DNA from: an uncultured Candidatus Saccharibacteria bacterium
Lineage (GTDB): Bacteria > Patescibacteriota > Saccharimonadia > Saccharimonadales > Saccharimonadaceae
DNA: 64,000 bases
NCBI GenBank assembly: GCA_963533325.1
Contig: CAUSOC010000003.1
Coordinates: 2,305 to 66,304 of the forward strand
Direction of reading: 5' to 3'
This document shows positions 11,587 to 21,398 of the stretch, one piece after another. A program made the position numbers and the translations under genes. The notes under the pieces are model-generated. The model was not told the origin of the DNA, did not search any database, and saw only the letters and a list, made by a program, of their open reading frames with translations. The first letter of the stretch is position 1; each line of letters begins with the position of its first letter.

Positions 11587-13201
11587 TATCCAACTTAAAT
11601 TCTATACTAATATGTTTGTCATTGTTTGGCACGGTGCGCACCCAAAACGGTGAGAATTTCGTGTCAACATCTTGCACGCCTTCGATTGATTCGAGGCTCG
11701 ACTGAACATCACCATAGTTTCGGCCCTTGACCTGTTCTTTGACTTTGTGTTCATCAATTTCTGGGCCAATCTTTGCGTTGGCCGTTAAGCGAACCTGCAC
11801 GGCATTGTTGCGCTCACTGTATTGCGCAAATTTTACCTCATTTGACCCATCATTATAGATCTTTTGGTTTTTCTTGTTACCAATTTCTTTCTTGAGCGTA
11901 TCCTCCAAGAACTGCTTCATGTCAGAGCGGTCAATACCCTGCATACTGGCTGTCACTGTTGTTTTCAACTGAACTGTACCGCTGGCTTCATGGTCAACCG
12001 CCACTGAAGGAGTAGGGTTTGAGCGAGCCTCTTGGTAGCTTTCATTGATGACGATGCTTGAAGACGGGAAGAGTGCTTTGACTGCTGATTGCAGTGAAGC
12101 GTCTTTTTGGGCGTCAAGCTTAACTTTAGCTTTGGCAACATCATCAGCCGACACCACAGTCACTTCCCGACTCGAGCCGCCACTCATTGCGGTGCCCGCC
12201 GCCGAAAAGCCGCTCACATTTGAAGAGTAGCTTCGTGACGATAGATTGTATTCACTACCAACCTGAGTTGCTTGCACCTTGACGGTTGCCACCGATTGGA
12301 TGACACCGCCAGGACCAATTGAGGTGCCCGACAAGCTGGCTGGCTCTGTGCTGACAAACGTATAATCGCCCGACGAGAAGGACGTTCCAGCCGGAATTGT
12401 TAGCGTCAAGCTTGATACCGATGTTCGAACAAGGTGCATCGTACCACTTGCTTTTTCACCAACTTTCTTCTTACCCGTAGGGGTGAAATCGACGGAAATA
12501 TCTTTCTTTTGTTCTTGACGCAACGACTTGATGATATTGTTAGCAGCATCAACCTTTCCTTCCTGCTTTAATGTAACGGATTTATCAACCGTAGAAGTGG
12601 TCGTTTTAGCTGTAATCACGACTGTAGCATGTGGCGCAAACCAAATCGCCCAAACCATGAACAGAACAAATAGAACGATGCCGCCGCCAATCAAGACTAA
12701 TTTTTTGCGGAAAACATTAAAATCTGGGACTTTTGGCTTGCCTTTACCTGCTGGCTTAGCAGGTTTTGCTGGCTTTGTTGGCTTTTCATCCTCGGCTATG
12801 GCTGCATCGATAGCATCATCAGCCTTATTTCGTGCTTTTGGCGTCGCCTTATCAGCCAATTCACCGACCGGTATCTCACTACCGTCAATCACATCATCGC
12901 CATCATCAACATCGATGGCTGGAATTTCCGCAATCTCTGGGCGAGACTGCAATGTCTTGGCCACTGGGATACGGGCTGCGGCTGCCAAACCACTGAGCGC
13001 CTGGTCACTGGTAATCAACACGATGCGCTTCTCGGCATTCTCCGCCGCACGATTTAACAATCTCATATTGACCGCGCTCTGCAATATACCAACCCGTTTA
13101 GGAGGCACCAATGCAACGATGCGCGCCTTTGAATCTTTTATCTTGCTGACGATGTTGGTGATATCGTCTTCAACATCGATATAGATAACGTCTTTGTTCA
13201 T
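11576..13201 (-). CDS. Membrane-anchored protein with a baseplate-J-like extracellular region
   Basis: N-terminal alpha/beta domain, acidic linker, one TM, then KASGT..LTIPAGTSFS..FVST..VQATQVGSEYNL resembling the baseplate J/gp47 barrel. Confidence 0.6.
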   Translation of the reverse strand: MNKDVIYIDVEDDITNIVSKIKDSKARIVALVPPKRVGILQSAVNMRLLNRAAENAEKRIVLITSDQALSGLAAAARIPVAKTLQSRPEIAEIPAIDVDDGDDVIDGSEIPVGELADKATPKARNKADDAIDAAIAEDEKPTKPAKPAKPAGKGKPKVPDFNVFRKKLVLIGGGIVLFVLFMVWAIWFAPHATVVITAKTTTSTVDKSVTLKQEGKVDAANNIIKSLRQEQKKDISVDFTPTGKKKVGEKASGTMHLVRTSVSSLTLTIPAGTSFSSGDYTFVSTEPASLSGTSIGPGGVIQSVATVKVQATQVGSEYNLSSRSYSSNVSGFSAAGTAMSGGSSREVTVVSADDVAKAKVKLDAQKDASLQSAVKALFPSSSIVINESYQEARSNPTPSVAVDHEASGTVQLKTTVTASMQGIDRSDMKQFLEDTLKKEIGNKKNQKIYNDGSNEVKFAQYSERNNAVQVRLTANAKIGPEIDEHKVKEQVKGRNYGDVQSSLESIEGVQDVDTKFSPFWVRTVPNNDKHISIEFKLDNGR

Positions 13202-14448
13202 TTATATTTTAAGTAATCGATTAATTTTATCCATTAAGCCATGAGCATCTTGGCCACTTACCATTGTATCATATCCTACGCGTAGCAAGCCCATAGCAGT
13301 TACAAATGTGTGGTCGGTGATATCACCTGTTGTATCAGTAATACCAACCACCTCGGACGGTTTGATGCGCTGCACCACTGGTTTTTTCGTGAATGGTAAC
13401 TCTTTGTACCATGGTTCATTGCCCAGGGCGTCAACCAATTTTTCTAAGCTGGCGCCTCCACCACACAGTAAAATCCTATTTGGCAAATGATCAACACTAT
13501 CAAATTCGCTCAACGCCAATTCTACTCCAGATAGCCACACATCAAGCGTCTTATCAATCGCACTATCAAGTCGTTTCTTAACTGACGGTTTAACGTACTC
13601 GTGACCGAGGTTGAGCTTGAGTTTTTCAGCGTCTTTATAGCTGAGATCAAGCTCCGTGGCAATTGTTCACCGATGCCAAACATCCTGGTGCCTTCCACGC
13701 CACCGTCATTGACCACGGCAATGTCGGTCGTTCCACCACCAACGTCTGCTAAAATTGCAGTGAATGAACTATTGGCATCTGTTCCCAGCACGCTTCTACT
13801 GACCGCAAATGGCTCAGCCGCTACCGCTATCAGCTCTAGCGCCAACTCATCAGCCACCTTTTCCAGCGCACCGATATGCACCATTGGCGCAAACGCCGTA
13901 TAGATCTGCACTGCCACGTCTTTGCCCTGAAAACCGATTGGATTTGACACCTTATAGCCATCAATGTGCAAGCTCACCAGGGCCGAGTTGACCAATTTCA
14001 CTTCGACGTCTTCATTGCCAGTTTCCAGCGCGATCTGTGCTTGAGCTTTGCCTTGTGCTCGCTCCTGAACTTTTTCGATGATAAATTCCATCTCGGCAAC
14101 GTCCAACGCTCGTTCTGGCTGCGGACGACGATAGCGGATGGTGTTCGTCATACCTTTGACCAATTCTCCAGCGATGCCAATCACGACGCGTCGCGCTTGG
14201 ACACCCGCCTTTTCCTCAGCTTCCGCCAAGGCTGCTTCACAGTTGGCAACTACGCCAGATATGTCGGCGATCGCTCCAGAGTGCATATCACCCAATTCTT
14301 GCTGCTTGCGACCAACACCAATAACTTCAATGGCATCATTTCGCACTTCAGCGATCAAAGCCTTAACAGCTTCTGTACCAATATCTAGACTAACTAGTAA
14401 ATCTCGTTCTTCTTTGTCGGTTTTTTTGAGCAAGTCTTTTAGTACCAT
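13202..14448 (-). pseudogene. ftsA: FtsA-like actin-fold ATPase, frameshifted near 13667 (pseudogene or assembly error)
   Basis: LDIGTE, AAEPFA and DVGGGTTD in frame 1; after FGIG the FtsA-like text TIATELDLSYKDAEKLK..LCGGGASL..TAMGL continues in another frame. Confidence 0.85.
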
Positions 14449-14494
14449 ACCCTAAATTATATACTGCTGATGCTTTTTGAGCAAACTTTATAGC

Positions 14495-16399
14495 CTATTT
14501 TAGTACGGCTTTTACGCGTCGCACACCGGCAGAGCTGGATTCTTCTTTGATTATCTTAAATCGTTTACCGTTTGGTGTGCCGTCATCATCCTGAGCCAAT
14601 TGACCAGTGTGGTCCACGTGCGGACCACCGCAAATTTCGAAGCTGACTCGCTGGTCACCCTCTCCCATCTGATAAACCTTGACAGTATCGCCGTAGCGGT
14701 CACCAAAGGCACCAACCGCGCCCATGTTGAAAGCTTCCTCGGTTGGGTATTCAGTATAGCTAACAGGCAAGTCAGCGTCAATCCAAGTGTTAACTAGTCT
14801 CTCCACCTCGTCCAGCTGTTCACGCGTAACTTTGGCATCATTGTTAAAGTCAAACCGCAGACGTTCAGCAGTGATATTACTGCCGCGTTGCATGACGTGG
14901 TCGCCCAATACTCGCCTTAGTGCTGCGTACATCAGATGATTCGCCGTATGCAGTCGACGGTGTGCCATAGTCTGACCTTCCAGCCCACCTTTAAATGTAC
15001 CTTTGGCAGCAGTTTGAGAACGCTTACGCTGCTCCGCCATACAGGCATCAAATTCCGCCTTCCAATCTGCCGCGAGCTGAATATGATGACGCTTGGCAAT
15101 CTCGACACTCAGTTCATATGGGAAGCCATACGTATCATGCATGGTGAATATTTCTTGACCCGTCAATCCATCAGCAATAAAGCTCAACAAATGCTTCGTA
15201 CCCTTAAGTAACGTACGAGCAAAGGCTTTTTCTTCTTTCATCAGTGTAATGATAATCTTGTCACGCTGTTCGGCCACCTCTGGGAAATCTTGAATATACA
15301 AATCAGCGATGACCGGCACAATTTCCTCGAAAAATGCATCCTGAATGCCCAACTCGTGCGCAAAACGAATCGCCCGGCGTAATAAGCGGCGCATCACATA
15401 ACCTTGCTCTTTGTTGCTCGGCACGCAGCCATCAACCGCCAGAAACGTCGCCGCTCGCAAATGGTCAGCGATCACCCGCATAGCCTCAGTATGCTCTTCG
15501 TATTGTTTGCCGCTCAGGTCTTGTAATTTTTCAATGATCGGCCACATCAAGCTAATCTTGAAAACGTCTGGATCATCGATAGCCGCCGCCGCGATACGCT
15601 CCAAACCCGAGCCATGGTCGATATTTGGTTTTTCTAATGGCTCAAACACGCCATCAGCCACCTTTTTGTAGGCCATAAAGACGTTATTGCCAATCTCCAT
15701 AAAGCGTCCACAATCACAGTTTGGATGGCAATGCTCGCCAAAACGCGCGTCATGCTCAACCGAGGTGAACTCATAAAACATTTCGCTATCCGGCCCGCAT
15801 GGATCCCCAATTGGCGTAGTTTCCGGCCCGCCATTGCGACTCCACCAGTTTTTGCTGCCATCATAGTAAAAAATCCGCTCACCTGGTTTAATACCGCGTG
15901 CATAGCCAGCTTCTTCTGAACCAATATCAGCCTGGCCGCTACTCAAGCCTGCTTTTTCGTATAGCTCCGCCCAAATTTCCGCCGCCTCAGTGTCTTTAGG
16001 GATATTATAGCGTTCATCGCCGATGTAACACGTAACATAAACGCGGTTCATGTCTAGTCCAACCTCTTCCGACAAGAATTGCCACATCCAATTGATCTGC
16101 TCTTTTTTGAAATAATCGCCCAAACTCCAGTTACCGAGCATCTCAAAAAACGTCGTGTGACGGTTGTCGCCAATGTCATCGATATCTTGGGCGCGCAAAC
16201 AAGTCTGGCTGTCAACGATACGATTGCCCTCAGGGTGCTTGGCCTCGCCCAACAAATAGCTAATCATCGGCTGCATACCAGAACCAGTAAATAGCGTAGT
16301 TGGGTCGTTGTGCAACACCAGCGGTGCTCGATTGACAACAGCGTGACCATTGCTCTTATAAAAATCGAGGTATTTTTTGCGGATATCTTGAGCTTTCAT
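14495..16399 (-). CDS. alaS: Alanine--tRNA ligase (short form without C-Ala domain)
   Basis: DPTTLFT, HTTFFEMLGN, GSGLER, HTANHL, EICGGPHV, SAGVRRV. Confidence 0.97.
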   Translation of the reverse strand: MKAQDIRKKYLDFYKSNGHAVVNRAPLVLHNDPTTLFTGSGMQPMISYLLGEAKHPEGNRIVDSQTCLRAQDIDDIGDNRHTTFFEMLGNWSLGDYFKKEQINWMWQFLSEEVGLDMNRVYVTCYIGDERYNIPKDTEAAEIWAELYEKAGLSSGQADIGSEEAGYARGIKPGERIFYYDGSKNWWSRNGGPETTPIGDPCGPDSEMFYEFTSVEHDARFGEHCHPNCDCGRFMEIGNNVFMAYKKVADGVFEPLEKPNIDHGSGLERIAAAAIDDPDVFKISLMWPIIEKLQDLSGKQYEEHTEAMRVIADHLRAATFLAVDGCVPSNKEQGYVMRRLLRRAIRFAHELGIQDAFFEEIVPVIADLYIQDFPEVAEQRDKIIITLMKEEKAFARTLLKGTKHLLSFIADGLTGQEIFTMHDTYGFPYELSVEIAKRHHIQLAADWKAEFDACMAEQRKRSQTAAKGTFKGGLEGQTMAHRRLHTANHLMYAALRRVLGDHVMQRGSNITAERLRFDFNNDAKVTREQLDEVERLVNTWIDADLPVSYTEYPTEEAFNMGAVGAFGDRYGDTVKVYQMGEGDQRVSFEICGGPHVDHTGQLAQDDDGTPNGKRFKIIKEESSSAGVRRVKAVLK

Positions 16400-16423
16400 A
16401 TCTGTTAATTATAGCACAAATAT

Positions 16424-16449
16424 AAAATCGCCCCAAAGCGAGGCGATTT
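16424..16449 (-). terminator. Intrinsic terminator after rpsP
   Basis: aaatcgcc/ggcgattt stem followed by a T-run on the minus strand. Confidence 0.7.
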
Positions 16450-16465
16450 CAAATAGCTCATATGA

Positions 16466-16825
16466 TTATTCAGCGGATTCTTCTACTGGCTCTTCTGGAG
16501 CTTCTTCTTTTGGCTGGTTTTTGCGCAATTTTTCTGGGTTACGGATGGCTTTGTGCTTGTCAGCAGCTGGTTCTTTAACCCATTTTGGCAACTTGACACC
16601 AGCTTCTTTCAACAACTTAACAACACGTGGTGTTGGCTGAGCACCATTGTCCAAATATTTTTGTGCTAATTCAACCTGAATATTTGCTACTTTTGTGTGT
16701 GGATTGTAGCTACCAACATAGGCGACAACGCGACCGCTTGATGGGTGGCGCTGCGCTTCCTGTACAGCTAGACGGTAGACTGGGTAGCCCTTGCGACCCA
16801 AACGTTGCAAACGAATTGCTAACAT
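16466..16825 (-). CDS. rpsP: 30S ribosomal protein S16
   Basis: MLAIRLQRLGRKGYPVYR, VGSYNP, GAQPT. Confidence 0.97.
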   Translation of the reverse strand: MLAIRLQRLGRKGYPVYRLAVQEAQRHPSSGRVVAYVGSYNPHTKVANIQVELAQKYLDNGAQPTPRVVKLLKEAGVKLPKWVKEPAADKHKAIRNPEKLRKNQPKEEAPEEPVEESAE

Positions 16826-16903
16826 ATAATTATCTTATTCCTTCTCTTACACTCTTAGGTTAATTCTTATTCTGTACCAGTGTACACTATTTTACTCGAT
16901 GCG

Positions 16904-17956
16904 TCAATCTGTTTGGATAATCCCGCCGCCCAAACATTCCTCGCCGTCATATATCACGGCCGATTGACCTGGCGCGACGGCGCGCTGCGGCTCAAATAGC
17001 TTGACTGTCACCTTCTCGCCAGCATCGTTCATGCGCGCAACTTCCGCATCAATCAATGGCGCTCGGTGTCGCACCCGAACCTGATAGGCGCCGTCTTTTG
17101 GTGGTTCACCAATCCAGTGAACATCAGCTAAAGTTAACTCTTTCCGCCAGAGATTTTCATTATCAATTGAGCGTGACACGTAAACCTCATTCTTTGCCAT
17201 GTCCTTACCGACGACATAATACGGCAAGCCGCCACCAATATACAACCCATGTCGCTGTCCTAAAGTGTAAAATATTGCCCCGTCGTGCCTGCCAACAACT
17301 ACACCTGTTTGTTGATCGATGATATCGCCCGGACTCGTCTCGACATATTCTGACAAAAACTCACGAATTCCCACTTGCCCAACAAAGCAAATACCCATCG
17401 ATTCCTTTTTACTAGCAGTCCACAACCCCCGCTCTTTGGCCATCTCGCGCACCTCAGCCTTGGTAAAATCACCCAGCGGGAACATGGTCTTTGCGAGTGC
17501 CTCCGACGTCACCCGGTAGAGAAAATAGGTTTGGTCTTTGTTGTCATCGTGAGCCCGAAGCAAACGCCCCTCGTTCGTCCTGGCATAATGTCCCGTCGCA
17601 ATATACTCCGCACCCGCAGCCAACGACGCCTCTAAAAACAACTTAAACTTCACCTCTTGATTACACATCACATCAGGGTTTGGTGTGCGACCCGCTTGGT
17701 ATTCGCGGATCATATAGTCAACGACATTTTGCTTGTACTCTTTTTGAAAATCAAACACCTGAAAATCAATTCCCAGTCCCACCGCCACGCGTTTGGCGTC
17801 AGCCACATCCTCAGCCCATGGACAGTGCATACCCGGCAAATCTTCCGACCAGTTTTTCATATACACGCCAGTCACCTCGTGGCCTTGCTCGACTAGTAGC
17901 GCTGCCGCCACTGACGAATCAACGCCACCCGACATACCGACGAACACCCGAGCCAT
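16904..17956 (-). CDS. mnmA: tRNA 2-thiouridylase
   Basis: MSGGVDSS, TPNPDVMCN, ATGHYA, KDQTYFL, ESMGICF, PGQSAV. Confidence 0.98.
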   Translation of the reverse strand: MARVFVGMSGGVDSSVAAALLVEQGHEVTGVYMKNWSEDLPGMHCPWAEDVADAKRVAVGLGIDFQVFDFQKEYKQNVVDYMIREYQAGRTPNPDVMCNQEVKFKLFLEASLAAGAEYIATGHYARTNEGRLLRAHDDNKDQTYFLYRVTSEALAKTMFPLGDFTKAEVREMAKERGLWTASKKESMGICFVGQVGIREFLSEYVETSPGDIIDQQTGVVVGRHDGAIFYTLGQRHGLYIGGGLPYYVVGKDMAKNEVYVSRSIDNENLWRKELTLADVHWIGEPPKDGAYQVRVRHRAPLIDAEVARMNDAGEKVTVKLFEPQRAVAPGQSAVIYDGEECLGGGIIQTD

Positions 17957-18552
17957 CAGCGTGTTCCTCCGATGGTAAACAAGCCAATTTTGATCAATTC
18001 ACCAACTGCCAACCACCAACCCCACGGCGTCAGCCACCAGATATCACCCCAATGCTTATCACGACTGACTGGGTGTGACAGCACTTCCACCCCAGGCACC
18101 TGCGCCGCAAACTCAGACCGAGCTCGCTGCATATGATAACCACTAGTCACCAAAATGATACGCTTCATTTTGCGAGCAGTGATGACTGATTTTACTTCAA
18201 CTGCATTCTGTTTTGTCGTCTCAGAATGGTCTTCAATGATAATATGCTTATCTGGCACGCCCTGTGACAATGCTCGACGTTTCATAGCCTCAGCATTGGA
18301 CAAGCCCGTCTTATCAGCTGCTGCACCCGACATGATGAGTAATGACGACCATTTCTGCTTATATAAACGAATCGCTTCGTCAGTTCGTGCATCAGTATCG
18401 CCACCAGAAACCGCTACGATGGCATCAGCCGTCGCACACTCACCAGAGCCAGGGCTAGGACACTTCGCCAAATCGTCTGGCGCTAGATACATTGTCAAGC
18501 CAATGATAATCACCACCACAACAACAGCCAGTCCAATCAATCGATGAATCAT
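17956..18552 (-). CDS. YdcF/ElyC/SanA (DUF218) family protein
   Basis: N-terminal TM; DAIVAVSGG, SETTKQNA, LVTSGYHMQRA. Confidence 0.88.
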   Translation of the reverse strand: MIHRLIGLAVVVVVIIIGLTMYLAPDDLAKCPSPGSGECATADAIVAVSGGDTDARTDEAIRLYKQKWSSLLIMSGAAADKTGLSNAEAMKRRALSQGVPDKHIIIEDHSETTKQNAVEVKSVITARKMKRIILVTSGYHMQRARSEFAAQVPGVEVLSHPVSRDKHWGDIWWLTPWGWWLAVGELIKIGLFTIGGTR

Positions 18553-19706
18553 CGCATCCTCTCCCGCTCTTTTCGCACTGATTGGATGATCAGTTCGGCC
18601 GCTCGGATAACCGCTACTTCATCATTTAACCTTCCAAGGGTGATGCGTAAACTGCCATCAATATCTGAGTCACTCAAACCGATAGCCGATAGCACATGCG
18701 AACGCGTACCGGAGTTGGCGGCACAGGCACTACCCGTCGCCACCATCACACCATGCATTTCCAACAAAAAGACCAATCGTTCAGCATCCAAGCCCGGAAA
18801 AGAAATATTCAAAAAATTCGCCAACGACTTTTTGCGATCAGACGAAATGATCATTTCCGGTAGTTCAGCCTTGAGTTTCTGAATCATACCATCACGCAAT
18901 CCCTGTAGCCGCTTGACTTCAGCTTTGCGCCGTTTGGCAGCCAGCTCCAAAGCCTCAGCAAAACCAACCACCCCAGCCACATTTTCCGTGCCACTACGAA
19001 GACCCAGCTCTTGCCCACCTCCTACAATGGTCGGCGCAATATGTACACCCGGACGCACCCACAGCAGGCCGACTTGCTTTGGTCCGTAAACTTTCGCCGC
19101 ACTGAGCGTCAGCAAGTCAACACCCAATCGTTTCACTTTTACATCTAACAACGCTGCCGCCTGAGATGCATCAGTATGGAAGTATAGCGGTGTCTCCTCG
19201 CCAGCAGACTGGCGCCGCTCACGCTCTGTTTGAATGACGCGAGCAATCTCTTCAATTGGTTGCACATAGCCCAGCTCATGATTTGCCAGGGCGATTGATA
19301 CAAAACCGACATCTGGCGTAAGAGCTTGCTTCACTGCTTCTGGAGAAATTCTTCCTTTACGATCCGGCCGAATCAGCACTGGTTCTCGGTGGCGGCTAGC
19401 AGCCGACAAGACTGATGCATGTTCGATGGTCGCAACTGCGCAGGTTGCCCGCTGCGCCGCCTGAAATGCCAAATTGACTGACTCCGTAGCACCAGCCGTC
19501 ATCACCAATTCGTCAGCGACAACGCCCAAAGCTTGGGCAATGCGCGCTTTAGCAGCTTGATAGTCACGCTTAACTGCGACACCAGCAGCATATGGGCTGG
19601 ATGGATTGAAAAATTTCTCAGAAAAATAGGGCTGCATCGCCTCAACCACCAACGGGTCCATCGGCGTTGCCGCCGCATGATCAAGATATATCAAATTATC
19701 ATTCAC
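18549..19706 (-). CDS. iscS: Cysteine desulfurase (IscS/NifS group I)
   Basis: YLDHAAATP, HTDASQ, SAAKVYGPK (PLP lysine), RSGTENV, ATGSAC; located next to mnmA. Confidence 0.93.
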   Translation of the reverse strand: MNDNLIYLDHAAATPMDPLVVEAMQPYFSEKFFNPSSPYAAGVAVKRDYQAAKARIAQALGVVADELVMTAGATESVNLAFQAAQRATCAVATIEHASVLSAASRHREPVLIRPDRKGRISPEAVKQALTPDVGFVSIALANHELGYVQPIEEIARVIQTERERRQSAGEETPLYFHTDASQAAALLDVKVKRLGVDLLTLSAAKVYGPKQVGLLWVRPGVHIAPTIVGGGQELGLRSGTENVAGVVGFAEALELAAKRRKAEVKRLQGLRDGMIQKLKAELPEMIISSDRKKSLANFLNISFPGLDAERLVFLLEMHGVMVATGSACAANSGTRSHVLSAIGLSDSDIDGSLRITLGRLNDEVAVIRAAELIIQSVRKERERMR

Positions 19707-19715
19707 TGCTATCTA

Positions 19716-20159
19716 TTATACCACTTGCAAAGGTTTGCCAGTGTCTGGATCTTGTTTATACAATTTGCGCGAAACACGCTCATAATATTCTTTCACCGCC
19801 AAGACAAAGTTGTGTAATTCCTCGCCTTCCAGGTAGCTGTACTGATAGTTTGGCTGAACCTTCAACACGCCCTTTTCCTGGATCTCATATTTGGTTGTCA
19901 ATTCTTGCACTTTGCCGTCAGCATCAACCACTTCTTCGTACCAAATCCACGTTTTCTCATCCAAGTTGAAAAATTCTCGGCGCTGCACATGCTCGGGCTT
20001 GTCACCAAAAATCGTTGCACCAATTTGGCTTTCCATCTGAATCAATTGCCGCTCGGTCAGCGGCTTTGCTGGTCGGTCTTTGCGTCGAACTCGCATCAAT
20101 GGCTTAACTGATTCATCTGCAAAAACGAGGCTTGCAGCTTTTTTAAGAATCTTACTCAT
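19716..20159 (-). CDS. Hypothetical protein
   Basis: 147-aa ORF with an AGGAGG RBS, co-oriented in the operon. Confidence 0.75.
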   Translation of the reverse strand: MSKILKKAASLVFADESVKPLMRVRRKDRPAKPLTERQLIQMESQIGATIFGDKPEHVQRREFFNLDEKTWIWYEEVVDADGKVQELTTKYEIQEKGVLKVQPNYQYSYLEGEELHNFVLAVKEYYERVSRKLYKQDPDTGKPLQVV

Positions 20160-20172
20160 ATATCGAACCTCC

Positions 20173-20565
20173 TTATGCCGCTAACTCAAAATCGGTCTTA
20201 GTTATAGCATCGCTCTGTCGCATTTCAGTCAGGCGCTTACCAATATCGCTTGAATATTGTACTGCTTCGACGGGGTCTTTGGGATGTTTAGGAAATTCAA
20301 TCAATAATAGGCGTGGAGCTTCCATCGACTCGGCTAAGCTTGATGCCTCACTTTCACCGGTACTGCCACGCATGGCGGCACTTGATAGTGAACGAGTGTC
20401 AGCATTTTGATGCGTAGTAAGCTCGTCAGCAGTTTGATACGTAGCAAGCTCGTCAGCACGACCGACAGGAGTAGTCTCAAAACTCAGCGTCTTTGCCTTT
20501 TCCAAGGCAGCTTCCAACGCCGCATTAACTTCTTTGTCGTACGTACCCGTATTGTTTTCTCGCAT
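20173..20565 (-). CDS. Hypothetical protein with an internal 9-aa duplication
   Basis: GGAGA RBS; ADELATYQT/ADELTTHQN. Confidence 0.65.
   Translation of the reverse strand: MRENNTGTYDKEVNAALEAALEKAKTLSFETTPVGRADELATYQTADELTTHQNADTRSLSSAAMRGSTGESEASSLAESMEAPRLLLIEFPKHPKDPVEAVQYSSDIGKRLTEMRQSDAITKTDFELAA
20404..20457. repeat. Two 27-bp in-frame tandem repeat units
   Basis: attttgatgcgtagtaagctcgtcagc / agtttgatacgtagcaagctcgtcagc. Confidence 0.85.
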
Positions 20566-20577
20566 ATTTCTCCACTG

Positions 20578-21396
20578 TTACAAGCCAAAAAGTGTTACCG
20601 TGTTATCGATCGCTGCTTTTTCGAGGTCGTGAAGCGCTAGCTTGCGCTCCGCCGCCCAATACTTCGCCACCAACTCCACATATTCTGGCTTATTCATCTT
20701 ACCACGAAATGGCTTTGGTGTCAAGAATGGTGCATCAGTTTCTAACAATAATCGCTCCAGTGGGATAGAAGCGAATAATTCTCGCTGTGTTTGGTCTTTA
20801 GTGAAGGTGCTAATGCCGTTCAAACCAACGTATAATCCGCGAGCAAATCCCTTCTCTAAATTGGCGCGTGTATCAGTAAAACTATGTAGTACGCCGCGCA
20901 GCCCATGAAAATTATCAAAAATTGGCCAAAAATCATCCCACACCGACGGCTGGTCGGGCGCCCCATCGCGAATATGAAAGCTCACCGGCAAATCATAATC
21001 TACTGCCAGCTGCAGCTGCGCCTCCAGCGCCTGAATTTGCACCTCGCGCGGACTGTGATTGTAATAATAATCAAGGCCAATCTCACCAATCGCCACAATC
21101 GGCGAATTCTCTGACCTAGCTTTGAGTAGTTGCTCTACCTCACTCCAGCCATCTTTGCTATCATGCGGATGAACGCCAACCGCCGCCCACACACAGTCGT
21201 GGTTTGCGGCAAACTCTACTGCCTGTCGACTACTGCGTTCATCGGTGCCAATACAGATCATACCGATGCCCGCTGCGATTGACTGCTGATATAGCTCCTC
21301 ACGATTGTCCGCAAAAAATTCAGTGTCATGCAGATGACAGTGTGAATCGATCAAACGCAAAGCTGTCGCCGTGTGATGCTCCACTACTGAATTCAT
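20578..21396 (-). CDS. tatD: TatD family DNase
   Basis: IDSHCHL, GVHPH, IGEIGLDYY, LHSF, LETDAPFL. Confidence 0.96.
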   Translation of the reverse strand: MNSVVEHHTATALRLIDSHCHLHDTEFFADNREELYQQSIAAGIGMICIGTDERSSRQAVEFAANHDCVWAAVGVHPHDSKDGWSEVEQLLKARSENSPIVAIGEIGLDYYYNHSPREVQIQALEAQLQLAVDYDLPVSFHIRDGAPDQPSVWDDFWPIFDNFHGLRGVLHSFTDTRANLEKGFARGLYVGLNGISTFTKDQTQRELFASIPLERLLLETDAPFLTPKPFRGKMNKPEYVELVAKYWAAERKLALHDLEKAAIDNTVTLFGL

Positions 21397-21398
21397 AG

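Noticed and set aside
11576..13201. Prophage or contractile injection system suggested by the baseplate-J-like region
   Set aside because: No sheath, tube, spike, capsid or integrase genes; the protein is membrane-anchored within a housekeeping operon.
13640..13700. Programmed frameshift in the ftsA-like gene
   Set aside because: No slippery sequence, and conserved residues are missing, which indicates a deletion.
14495..16399. Short AlaRS (and short TsaB at 58297..58683) as pseudogenes
   Set aside because: Catalytic motifs are intact and the ends are clean; consistent with streamlined forms in reduced genomes.
20398..20457. 27-bp repeats as a CRISPR array
   Set aside because: Only two adjacent in-frame units, no spacers and no cas genes; this is a coding duplication.
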